DNA from: Monocercomonoides exilis PA203
Taxonomy: Eukaryota > Protista > Preaxostyla
DNA length: 64,000 bases
NCBI GenBank assembly: GCA_001643675.2
Contig: LSRY02000051.1
Span: 186,001-250,000 of the forward strand
Direction of reading: 5' to 3'
Shown: positions 1 to 12,600 of the stretch, in pieces
How positions within the stretch are numbered: the stretch's first letter is position 1
Layout: each line of letters opens with the position of its first letter
Translations under genes and position numbers: made by a program
The notes under the pieces: generated by a model
Told to the model about the DNA's origin: nothing
The model's input: the letters and a program-made list of their open reading frames with translations, nothing else
Databases searched by the model: none

Positions 1-110
1 CTTATCGTTGAATATTTCTGATTATTTTGTATTCTTTTGTATCAAAAGCGCTTTTTTATTACAAACTTTTTGAAAATTGTATTTGTCAAGTCAGAAAAAT
101 AAAGGAACCA

Positions 111-173
111 GAAGAAGAAGAAGAAGAAGAAGAAGAAGAAGAAGAAGAAGAAGAAGAAGAAGAAGAAGAAGAA
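111..173 (+). repeat. (GAA)21 microsatellite
   Basis: Perfect GAA run read directly. Confidence 0.95.
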
Positions 174-322
174 GATTGGAGGAAATTGATTGAAAGTCGA
201 AAAGACTGCTTGACAGAGATACGGGCATTGCCAATTCATTCTTCATCTATCTTCATCTTCATCTTCTTCTGTTTCAGCTATATCGAGTACTCCTGCATTA
301 TCATTCATTTCATCATCATCAT

Positions 323-591
323 CTTCTTCTTCTTCTTCTTCTTCTTCTTCTTCTTCTTTTTCTTCTTCTTCTTCTTCTTCTTCTTCTTCTTCTTCTTCTT
401 CTTCTTCTTCTTCTTCTTCTTCTTCTTCTTCTTCATCTTCTTCTTCTTCTTTTTCTTCTTCTTCTTCTTCTTTTTCTTCTTCTTCTTCTTCTTCTTCTTC
501 TATTTTTAATTCTTCTTCTTCTCTTTCTTCTTCTTCTCTTTCTTCTTCTTCTTCTTCTCCTTCTTCTTCTCCTTCCTCTTCCTCTTCTTCT

Positions 592-623
<32 letters not shown>

Positions 624-690
624 TTCTTCTTCTTTTTCTTCTTCTTCCTCTTCTTTTTCTTCTTCTTCTTCTTCTTCTTCTTCTTCTTCT
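323..690 (+). repeat. Imperfect (TCT)n tract, probably encoding poly-Ser upstream in the frame of the 730-1929 ORF
   Basis: About 370 bp of TCT/TTC units. The frame of 730 stays stop-free back to 214 and reads S-rich. Confidence 0.85.
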
Positions 691-729
691 ATTGATTCTG
701 CTTTTGAATCCACAACTTCATTAAACAGA

Positions 730-1929
730 TTGCATCAACGCAACATCTTTTCTTCTCGGTCAAAGCCTCTTCTTTGGAATCGTCAAGGAGATTCTGCATT
801 TCCAGTGAACAATTCTGTGATATCAGAATATGAGCTCTTCTTCCACCCACATTTCCGTCTTTTCACAACACTTGATTCTTCCTGCGACAAAGTGTCCACG
901 TCCCAATTGAGATCAGCTGCCGATGCGATATCCTTCTCACTCTTTGCGCATTTCAGAGCCAACCAATCAATTTCTCTTCATTATTCTCTTTCTTGTCTGC
1001 CAGAGTTGTTCAACAAAAGAGGAGAAAGCAGAGAGCCCTCCTCGTCGTGCAAGGGCATTGGGCTCACAGCTCTTTCGTCTGTAGTGAAGCACGGCTTTGT
1101 TGGGATTGATTGCCTCGATAGCTCTCTACGAATTGTCGAGAAATGCCCAATTCGCTGCACATCAGACACAGCCTCCAGAAAAAACAATTTAGGAACACAT
1201 GATAAGAATTCGTGTTTGAGCGAAAAAGATGCATCGAATAACTCAGGCATCTGCTCAAGCATATCAGATGCTTTTGAGGCAAATGCCGTTAACAGCTCTT
1301 TGGTTGTGCAAAATGGAGATCAATTGGCATTTGTGAAAGTTGTGGATGTATCTACAGAGGAGCTGAAGGGATATATTATGAAACATGGCCCATGTGATAT
1401 CACATTCACTGCTGAGCAAAACAAAATCGACACTTTAATCGCAGGATGGAATTACGAAATGTCTGTTCTCGGAGAGAATGATAATACAGCAGAAAATGCA
1501 AATGCATTCACTCCAAACTCAAAGGACGCAAACGAAAAGATCACCCGCTCGGTCACTGTGCTTGGATGGGGTGTATCGCCTTCGAATTCAAAGCACTCAA
1601 GTGAAATTGAGTATTGGCTTGTAAAAGATCAAGATAAGCTGAAGCATTCTTCTGATAGCACAGTTGATTATTACGCAGATGCCAGCACTGCAAGTCTTTC
1701 TGATCATTTTGAAGCAACTTCAAACTCTGTTCCTCGTGCAATCAGAGACACATATCGCGTTGCAATTTTATCCAAACTTTCAACGAAAGATCACTTGACT
1801 GCTCTTTTCTTCCCTGCAACTGTTGAAACTCGTGGAGACGTTGGAGGATCATTTCACGTGAATATTCCATATAAGATCAGCATCGTTTTAGGTTTAATTC
1901 TTTTGCTGTTTTCTTCTTCGCTTCTTTAG
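730..1929 (+). CDS. Papain-family (C1A, cathepsin B-like) protease homologue, probably inactive, with C-terminal hydrophobic anchor; 5' end unresolved
   Basis: ISLHYSLSC..SCKG, ELKGYIMKHGPC, RSVTVLGWG and EYWLVKD match C1A motifs (LSxQxLxSC, IxxEIxxNGPV, HAVxxxGWG, YWLVxNSW). Ends ISIVLGLILLLFSSSLL. Frame is open from 214 with no upstream ATG, so an earlier exon is needed. Confidence 0.65.
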   Translation: MHQRNIFSSRSKPLLWNRQGDSAFPVNNSVISEYELFFHPHFRLFTTLDSSCDKVSTSQLRSAADAISFSLFAHFRANQSISLHYSLSCLPELFNKRGESREPSSSCKGIGLTALSSVVKHGFVGIDCLDSSLRIVEKCPIRCTSDTASRKNNLGTHDKNSCLSEKDASNNSGICSSISDAFEANAVNSSLVVQNGDQLAFVKVVDVSTEELKGYIMKHGPCDITFTAEQNKIDTLIAGWNYEMSVLGENDNTAENANAFTPNSKDANEKITRSVTVLGWGVSPSNSKHSSEIEYWLVKDQDKLKHSSDSTVDYYADASTASLSDHFEATSNSVPRAIRDTYRVAILSKLSTKDHLTALFFPATVETRGDVGGSFHVNIPYKISIVLGLILLLFSSSLL

Positions 1930-3003
1930 AAAAGATTTTCATTATTTTTCTCAAACTCTTTTGATTAAGCTTCTCCTATTTCTTGGATTGGTATTAATAT
2001 TAAGAACATTATATTTCTTCTTTGAATAATTGAAATTGAATGGCACATTTGAATGAGCTGGATAAGATTGTCGTTTTGTAATGAACATTTTTGTGCGTTG
2101 AATGGATTTGTTGTCTTTGCTTTTTTCAATTTCAAGATTATTTTTTGATTTTTTAGATATATTATAAGCATAGAGTTTTTTATCTGAAAAAGATAAATTG
2201 GATTTCTTCTTGAGAAATAATTTTGACTTTTGCATTTGTTTGCGAGCTTGAAGCAATAAAAGAAAAAGTCACAGATTAACTTATTTATTGTGCTGAAACT
2301 CATCGCTCTTTTGATTGAATATTTTTTCCAGAAATTCTTGTATTTGTCTCAATGCAGAAAAGCCGAAGTGAAAAACAATATAGTTTTATTGGATTATAAA
2401 AGATAAATGCTTCTATTTCATTTTAACTTTCAAATGAATAACTGTTTGCAAAGAAATAATTAAACGATGTTATTGTTTGTTTTTTATTTTTTTGTTTTAA
2501 AACTTTTCACTTTTCTTTCTCAATTACCGATATTCTTAATTATTGGAATTCGTTATTTGTCTGCATCCTCTTTCTTTTCAGAAACAAAAAAAATTGACAT
2601 TTTATTCGGATATGCTCTCTTTGCAAAAAATATGAGATATTCGCACATATGCTTTTGAATCTCTTTTTTTCAATATTTCTGAATATATTTTTAAATCTCG
2701 GTAAATCTTGGAAAAAATAAAACAAAAGACAAAAGAAAAAATTTAAAAATTTAAAATAAATAAAATGTAAATATAAATATATAAAAATAAAAGAACATAA
2801 CTTTTGAGTTACAAAATGAAATAAACTCATGTTCTCAAACATTAACATTTTCATAATTCAAATTACAGATAATCCATAAAAAACTATTTGACTAATAAAA
2901 TAAAATATTCCCTAAAATTTGTTGAACAGTTTAACAAAAAAGAAAAAAGATAGAAAGATAGAAAAATATTTCTAAGTTTCGAAATATTGCACATCGCATT
3001 TCT

Positions 3004-4425
3004 TCAAACAATCACGAAACAATCAGTCAATTCATATGAAAAGTCAGTAAAAAAATAAGCTCTTTCTAAAATAGAAATTGTTTTATAAAAGCTTGTGATT
3101 AAATCCTCAAATCCATTTTCTTCCAATTTTTCATAAAGCACCATGTTTATTTCCTTTCTTTTCGCTTCATTGTCTTCAAAATCAAAATTAATTTTCAATC
3201 TTCTCCGAATTGTTGAAAGCAATTCTAAGTAATTGCGTTTCATAATGTCTACCAAAGTTGACCGCTGAAGTTCATCTGAAATTAGATTTGTAACTCCTGC
3301 CTTTAATAATGCATCAGTTCCAACAGCTCCAAGCTCCGCAGATTTCTGTAGTAACGAAAGACAAGATCTTGATATTTCACTTTCATATTCTCTAGATGCT
3401 CTGCATAACTCAATAATGCAACGATCCAACCCAACATTTTTCATCTCCAGAAATTTGTGAAAATTAATGCAAGAATCCAATGTTCGGAGCCATCTCTTCA
3501 AAGTGAACACTTCTTTCGTTTCTTTTTCACCTTTCTTCTTTTCTTTCCTCTTCCAATCAATAAGAATTCTCAGTTCCTCCAACTCTCTTGTTGCTTCTTC
3601 CACAAAATGAAGATCATCCTCAACAACTTTTTTCAAACATTGGTTGAAGAATAATCGATTTGTCAAAAACTCCCAAACAGACTGATACGCGAGTCGTGAA
3701 AGATTCCGAATCTCCTGATGATATTGGATAATCTCTTTGATTTCATTCAAATACAGTTCTTTTTCTATTTTCTAATAAAAAAAAGAAGAAGAAAATCAAC
3801 AATGCCAAAAATGATACAGATATGTTCATACCCCATTCCATCTAATATTACTCAAAGCCAGCAAAGTCATTTCCACTTCTTTATGCTTTTCCTCGTTTAC
3901 CCCTTCGCACAACGCAGATTTTATAAGACAAGGTACACAAATTGTTAACAGTTCAGGCGAAAAGAAGCACATTGAAATGTAGCATTCACAAAGATCAATC
4001 ATGAGCTTTTCATTCTTTTCTTCTTCCTTCTGCTCTTCAAAAATGATCATCTTCACAAGCATCTTCGTCAGCAACGAATGAATGATACTCGTAACCTTCA
4101 AATATTTCAATTCTTCATGAAATCCAACATGCTTCAAAAATAAAAGTGCATTCCCCAAAGGAACTTTTTTTTCTTTAATCATTTTGTAGATTTTATCGAA
4201 CAGTTCTGTTGTGAAAACGTATTCAAACTCACTTCTATTCATATCTTCGATCACTTCAACCATTTCTTCAATTTTCTTTCTCTGTTCATCTTCATCACAA
4301 TCTTCCAGCTCAGAAAACAATTCTTCAAAAAAAAAGATAAGAAAAGAAAGAAATCCAATCAAAAAGAATTCAAATCAACATGAATGCAAACCTGTAAATC
4401 TTTCAGTAACGCTTATTGCCTGCAT
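3004..4425 (-). CDS. Hypothetical helical protein of a lineage-expanded family (3 exons)
   Basis: ATG 4425 (MQAISVTERFT), GT-AG intron 4391-4323 joins to ELFSELEDCDEDEQRKKIEEM. A second intron (~3830-3772) joins to KIEKELYLNEIKEIIQYHQE. TGA at 3004. Confidence 0.75.
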
Positions 4426-5648
4426 TTTTATAAGAATATTTTATCAAAAAACAAAAAATTATTAACATTCACATTGAAGTTGAATATGTTTGGATAGAAG
4501 GCATAGATGAAAAATAAAAAACTCATAAAGATCATAGAAAAATATGCATTCAAACCGTTCCATCAAGCGTTGACATTTTCTACTTGTAATTTAAAAGAAA
4601 AAGAATGCTTTATCTTTTCTGTTTGTTGTTATGGTTGCAATGATCGTTTAATTTCTTTAAACTGGAATATTCATGCACTGATTGAAAGTTCAATGAGTTA
4701 ACATTACCCGTTGAACTATAAATTTTATTTCCTGTTTTGAAAGTTCACAATGATGGCAATGCAATATTTTTGGAATTCTGTCTGATGATTATTGGAAATT
4801 GGATGGCCAAGGGAAATACACCAATTTCATCAATAACACAAAAAGACATAATGTATGTAATTTATATTGTTCTATTGATTGTGAAGATGTTTCCATCTGT
4901 ATTTTTTCCAAAGTTCAGGAATGTGAGTTATTGTTGAAATGGCCAATCTCCGCTTTGTAGAGCAATACGATGAGAACGGAGCAGATTATTATATAGGCAT
5001 TGGGAAATAAATGAAGTTACGCAAGATACATGATTTTTAATTGATGGAAGATGTAAAAACAAATTCAATTGTTATTTTATTGAATGAAGATAATAAGAAG
5101 GAATTCTGTGAAGAAAATAATGTCTGCACAAAAATGTATAGAACAAAGGAACATGAGACAATATAGAAGCTTTTTGGGGCAAGGAAAGTGGCTGGCAATA
5201 TCAAGGGAAGGATATTTATTGCGAACAAAAACTTAGAAAACAATGCAAAGCAATCAGAATGGAGGTCAGGGATATCAATGGGAGTGAAACAGCTGTTGTT
5301 GCCGTTGGAAAGATGCATGTGTGTTTTGTGGAATATGCGCTGAGAAGCAAGCCTTTCCAAAAATTCGTACTGAAAGGAAAAAGAATGATTTGTGACAAAA
5401 GCATCAGTCTCGGCTTGTGTTCCTGCAAGAATGGCAAGACAAGTGAAGCATCCTGCAGCTGTTTCCGTTCTTTAACCTTCACCGAGCTGCTACAAGGGCG
5501 AGTCGAAAGCTTGGCGTTTCGTTTCCATGGGCAGTATTCAGCAATTTGAGTTGGGAATTATCTTCTGCTCATCTCCATCAACGGTGCTTCGACTTCTCCT
5601 GGCAAAGTTCTGTATTTTTTTGAGGCTCTGTTTGGTTACAAATTAAGG

Positions 5649-6737
<1,089 letters not shown>

Positions 6738-6856
6738 GAAGAAAAAGAGAAAAGCAGAAGAAAAAGGAAGAAGAAGAGGTTAAGAAAAAAGCAGAAGAAG
6801 CAAAGAAAAAGGAGGAAGAAGAAAAAAGAGCTGAAATCGAAAAAGAAAGAAAGCGA

Positions 6857-8574
6857 TTGGATGAGCTTATTTCAAAGCAGAAAGAAGTTGTCGAGAAAAA
6901 AGAAGAAATACTTCAAATGCTGAAATCACTTGAAGAAATAGAGCAAATGTATTCAACTATGATAGAGAATTTGAAGGAGAAAATATCTCATTATGATGCA
7001 GATGAGAGAGAAGAAGAGAAAGAGAAGGAGAAAGAGAAAAAGAAAGAGAAGAAAGAGAAAGGAAATCTTTGGAGCAATGTGATGTTAATGATAACACATC
7101 AAAAGTCTTTTCAGTCGAAGATCAAGAGAAAAGCAAGACAAATGCACAGACTTCGAAGAAGGATACAAATGTTGCGAAAAATCTGGATGCAAATTGTGAA
7201 GAGAGAGAAAGACAATCACATGGAAAAGAGCAGACTGAAATTGCTCGTCGTGCAAGACCGATTGCTTTTGAAGGGGCAGACAATGAAAAGGAACAACAAA
7301 ATTTGCCTTCACTTTCGTCGTCTCTTGAGACACTCACACTTCACTCATCTCTTCCAACTCAGCAAATGATGCAACAGACGAATTCGATCCTGTCCGCTTT
7401 CCTTTCTAATTTTCACAAAGAACAGTCTGCCCATCGAAAGGAGGGTTTTTCTCAAGATTCTTCTTCCTTGCAACAGCAACAGTTTCTAAGTCAAGTCACA
7501 CAGAATCAGACACAGCCATTCAATTCAATCTCAACAATTTCTTCTTCATTGAGCCAGAGAAGCATCAGCAGCTCATCAACTTCACTTGGAATGGAAATGC
7601 AAAAAACAGCTGGACCTGCAGATGCTCAAATGCAAACTTCTCCTGCTCGCAATGTGTTGATGAGTGACAGATCAAATAGCATTTCTCATAGTCCAACAGC
7701 ACTTTCTTCACAATCATCTTCTCCTTCTTCTTATCGTGGAACTTCTCGGTTTTCACCACAAAGTGCAGCATCATCCTCTCATTCTTTGATCGTTGCCAAT
7801 ACCAAAAATTATGTCGAAAATAAGAATTTTCGAAAGCAAAAATACAACAGATATCATCAGCAGACATCGTCCTCTCCTATTTCTTTGCAATCAATATTTA
7901 GTGATCACTTCGATCAGCAAAATGACAGACAAGCAACTCCATCGAAGAATTCATACAGTCAAGCCACACAACCTCGAATATCCAGGCCTTCCTCTTCATA
8001 CCAATCTCAGTCTGGATATCATCGCATGAGCAGCATACCTGACATGCCAAAGAATTCCAATTTGTCCACACAATCCAAAAGAAGCAGCAGCTCCTTCCAC
8101 AACCCTTCTCTGCCATCTGTTGTGGCAAAATCAGTTTCATCTCCAGATGCCAACAAATCATCGCTCATTTTTGTTAAGCAGCCAACACGGTTATCAACCT
8201 CACCAAATGATGTATTCCTTTCTCATAACATCACCAATCCTCCGAGTCAGCCTCAGCCTCAGCCTCAGCCTCAGCCTCAGCCTCAGTCCCAGTCTCAAGG
8301 TTCAACTCAGCCATCTGTCTATAGAAATCAACAAATAACTGACACTGCTTCATCTTCTTCTCCAATTAGCGTTCCAGCAGTTTCTCCTTTGGCCCAATCC
8401 ATCCAACAATTTTCTCCTCCAAAGATGCTGCTGGCATCATCTCAGCCATCGACTTCATCCGAATTTCCTTCTGTTCATTCAACAACACAGCTCATTAACG
8501 AAGCAGTTCGTCAAATAAGATCACAACCTTCTGCTCCCTCTTACACAGCTTCTTTACCATTTGCGACTTCATAG
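6857..8574 (+). CDS. E/K coiled-coil plus S/Q/P-rich low-complexity protein segment, probably the 3' part of the locus above
   Basis: Overlapping ORFs 6857-7369 and 7069-8574 change frame inside an AG-rich tract. Contains a (CCTCAG)n PQ repeat. No domain recognised. Confidence 0.45.
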
Positions 8575-9668
8575 AATAAAACTTGAAAATATATGTTTTC
8601 TTATTCTTTTAACTTTTGTTTTATTCAATCTTTTTTCACTCGCATTTCCTCTTGAGATTTTTATATTCTTGTAGCATTTAGCACACAAGAATATTTAAGA
8701 AATAAATAATTCTTCGTGCTTTGTGAATAACTATGAATATATGCATTTCTAATATGCCAAAAAAATTTTTTTTTCATTTTTGAGTGATTTACTTATATTA
8801 TTATGACAATTCGGAATGAAGATGAATTTAGAAAAAAAGAAAACTCTCCCATCATAAATTCGTTTTCATTTGATCAATATTTTCTGATAAAATTCACCAT
8901 TAATTTGCTTGCAGCGTGTTTTACGACATGAAAAAAAAAAACCATTCAAGTTAAACTTATAAGATCTTAATGAATTGCATCCTCAAAAAAAGAGATTTAA
9001 TTGTTCTTTAGTGAGTTCGCGTCATTTGCATTCCAATGAAGATTATGGTGGAAATAAAAGGTTTTTTCGTTATTTGTTGAATAAGCTTCTTACAAATAAT
9101 TCTAAATATATTATTACCTACAGATTTCTTGGATTTCAAAAATATACAAAAATGCAACAACGAGTTATAAAAATCTTCAGATGGCATTTATTTTCAAGCA
9201 ATTATTCACCTTAAACAGCAGAGCCACTATCACGTTCATAACAAATCATATGAAAATGATGGAGCATACTGACAACTCAAATATTCAATAAACTATCGCA
9301 CAAAAATGATAATTAAGAAAAGAAAACAGTTTTTAATCCATATTCATTGAATTCGAAATACCTGTCGAACTTGTTTTATTGTATGAATCTCCAAAAGGAG
9401 CAAACAATTTCACAATTACAACGAAAAGCCATCATTTATTTGCGAAATCAAAGAATATTCATTTATTTCCTTCAAATGATCAAGTGCTGACAAATGTCCG
9501 CTGCTTCAATGAGGCAATCACCTTAATATCTGTGCAGTTGAGCATCCGTTTGAAGAGCGCAAGCGAACAGATTGAAAGACAAAGACAGGAATATTGGTAT
9601 CGCAATCCTTCTTCACAAATGCAATGGGATATGGATGATCGTGAAAACAAAATGATTATTAAACGTTT

Positions 9669-12600
9669 TCATAAAAAACTCATATTTTCCTGATCGTTTC
9701 TGCTTTCTGAATCTCTAGGGCGTTCGCTTTCTCTACAGCAACCGCTGTAGCATTCGACAGCATCTGTCATTGTCAGTACTGCAGCACCTGGAGGGAAGCG
9801 TTGGATAAGCTCACGCTTCAGCAAAACCAAAGTGGGCCTTTGTGAGGCACATCCAGACAAGCAGCACTTGGCAACATTTTGCAATGAGGAAGTACTTATT
9901 CTTTCAAAATTCGGTCTTTCACTATTCACAATCTTCTGCCCTGCCACCTCGCTCTCATATTCCCTAAACGGAATCTCCAAGGTCAAGCACTCCCACAGCA
10001 TCATCCCAATCGAAAAGGCAACAGATTCCTTTGTTGCTCCCATCTTCTTGTTCATCAGCAGTTCTGGTGCCTTCCATCTCAGACACTCTTTTCTTATATC
10101 ATCATTGTCTTCAAAGGCAGATGAAGGAGGTGGAGAGTCGGTGAATCTCTCGCTCATCACTGAAATATTGGATGATGAAGAGACAACACTCAAGGAAGAG
10201 ATTGATGAGGAATCTGAACAATCATCAGAAGAAAGGAAGTCAGAGTGCATCACAATGCAGATCACCATGTGTTCTGAGAACAGCACAATGTGAGGACTCA
10301 GACTGGACAATGACTGAAGCTTGTTTTCCATTTCATCAAATGAGTGAAGAGCGAGATTAGCCACCCAGAACAGGATCTGAGCAGCTGTCTGCTCTCTCTC
10401 CTGAAGCGTGCCAATGGCCATCTCTTTCTTCTCATTCCGTCCATGCAACAACATGAACAGTGAATCCCTCAAGTCCACAATCAGCTTCTCATGAGGCGAT
10501 GAACAGGCCATTGCATCCACCAAGTTCGACATTGATGAAGTGGTGGGACATAGATCCTCCCCTCGAACAAATGTTGAATCTGAATCAGTTGAACATGTTG
10601 AAGAAATTGATGGTGAAGGCGATCTCTTCCTTATCTCTTCTTCCTCAACCTTTTCCAATGCCCATTCGGGAATCTTGTCTGAATCTTTCCCCAAAATATA
10701 TTCTGTCGATCCACTCTCTGAAAGAAGGTGTTCTGATGACTCTGAATGTCCCAAGCTTTTCTCATACACCCTCTTCTTGAACCTCTCTTCATTTTTCTTC
10801 TCTGCCTCCCTCTCTGCTCTCCTCCACTGCTCTTCAGGTGACATCTCCATCGTCACCATCTCAAACGCCTTCGGATCTTTTCTGATATTATCATTCACAA
10901 TCTCTCTCAGATCTTCTGCCTCATTCTTCACCTTCTTCCATCGAACAATGAACATTATCAACGCAATTAATAGAATGAAAACAACTGCAATACAAACTAT
11001 CAACATCCAAGAGAATTTTCCTTCTTTCACTCTCTCGACAATCCTTTCGTCTCCTTTTGCCTTTGTTTCACTTCTATTCTTCAGAATGAATGACTGGGTT
11101 GATGAAGGAGAATCGGCATTCCCAAACAGAAGGCATAAACTAACTTCAGTCTCTTCTCTCACATTCTCCAATTGTAAAGATATTGCGACTGTTTGAATTT
11201 CATTTTCTGACAAATGTCCATCTTTGTTGATCTCATGGAGTTCAATGAATTCCTCGTCTCCGCTTGTGAAGCACAATTTCAAGGTCAGATTGCAAGGAAG
11301 AAGAAGCTCCCCAGACAGAGTCAGATTTGTTGCACACGAGGATGTTGGTGAGCTCTTCACTTCATGCAACACTGGGATAAAGAGTGCTGATGCTCTCTCG
11401 CTGGTAATTCCACTCAGCTCACATCCATCATTCAAGATCCACAATGAAGTATTTGGAAACATTCCATCTCCCCCTTTCACGCTCACAACATTCAGCTCGC
11501 TGCTCCCTGTGCAGATCACATTCCTTCGAGCTGATGGATATCCCTCAATAGATGGGTTGTTGTTCTCAAATTCTCCTTTTTCAATCTTCACACTCCCTCC
11601 ACTCACATACAATCCTCCACCCTTGCTCTTCATAATCGTTGTTTCCCTCATCTCTACATTGCTGTTCTCAATATCAACCAATGACCCATTCCACTTGCAC
11701 AATCCCTCTTCTTTCATTCTTTCAATCCCTTCATTGACTATTTCATCTTCTGTTTCTCCATCAAACACACATATCTCAACCTTTACTTCCTTGGAATGTC
11801 TTATCTGCATCATGCTTCCCTTATCAACTGAATTCACACATCTTCCAAACGAGCTGTTCAGCACACTCACCTCTTGCTCAGCTTCATCCATCCCAATTAC
11901 ACACCCATTCATCAGCAGAGTCACATTCTCAACCTCCATCTCTTTCACCTCCACTTTCGCTTTCCTTCCAACACTCACAACATCTCCCTCACATTTGATA
12001 TTCAATATTCTTGTTTCAACAATTGTCACATCCGATTCTTCACAAAATGAAATAACTGGTAATTTTGAATGAATATCCCTGAATGTTGTTTCCGATATCT
12101 TCAGCTCTCCACTTTCCACGCTCACAACCGAACTGTTCAACTGCAACTCAACAGCTGTTGCTGATAATGAAGAAAAGAATTCACATTTCTGTATCTCCAT
12201 TGAACCATTCTTCACTTTCATGATGCAGCCGTGAGTCGTCTCAAATCCATCTTCAAACTGGAATGAGCATCTTTCCACAGAACATTCGTTCACAAGCTCC
12301 ATGACACAATCCTTCTCAAATGATTTCTCAATCTTGGAGTTCATCTTCACAATCGCCTTTCCCTTTTTGAGTGAATTCACAACCAGATCCCCAATCACAC
12401 ACTCCTTCCTCACAAACCCTTCTCCATCAATCAGAATTGCATTCATCACCCCTTCCTCGATGTGCTCAACCCCACAGTTGATGCTGAGACATGGATTTGT
12501 CTGCGCTCCGCATCTTCTGTCATCACTCCCTCTCCCACTCACAAACACCTGTGCCGAATAATAGAATGTGATCAGCGGAATCAGATCAACACCTCCCTCG

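Noticed and set aside
27-713. Poly-F and poly-E ORFs (27-509, 42-239, 243-713)
   Set aside because: They are alternative-frame translations of the GAA/TTC microsatellites.
4737-5640. Coding-like stretch upstream of the SNF2-like segment
   Set aside because: Stops in all frames, no consistent splice model and no recognisable domain.
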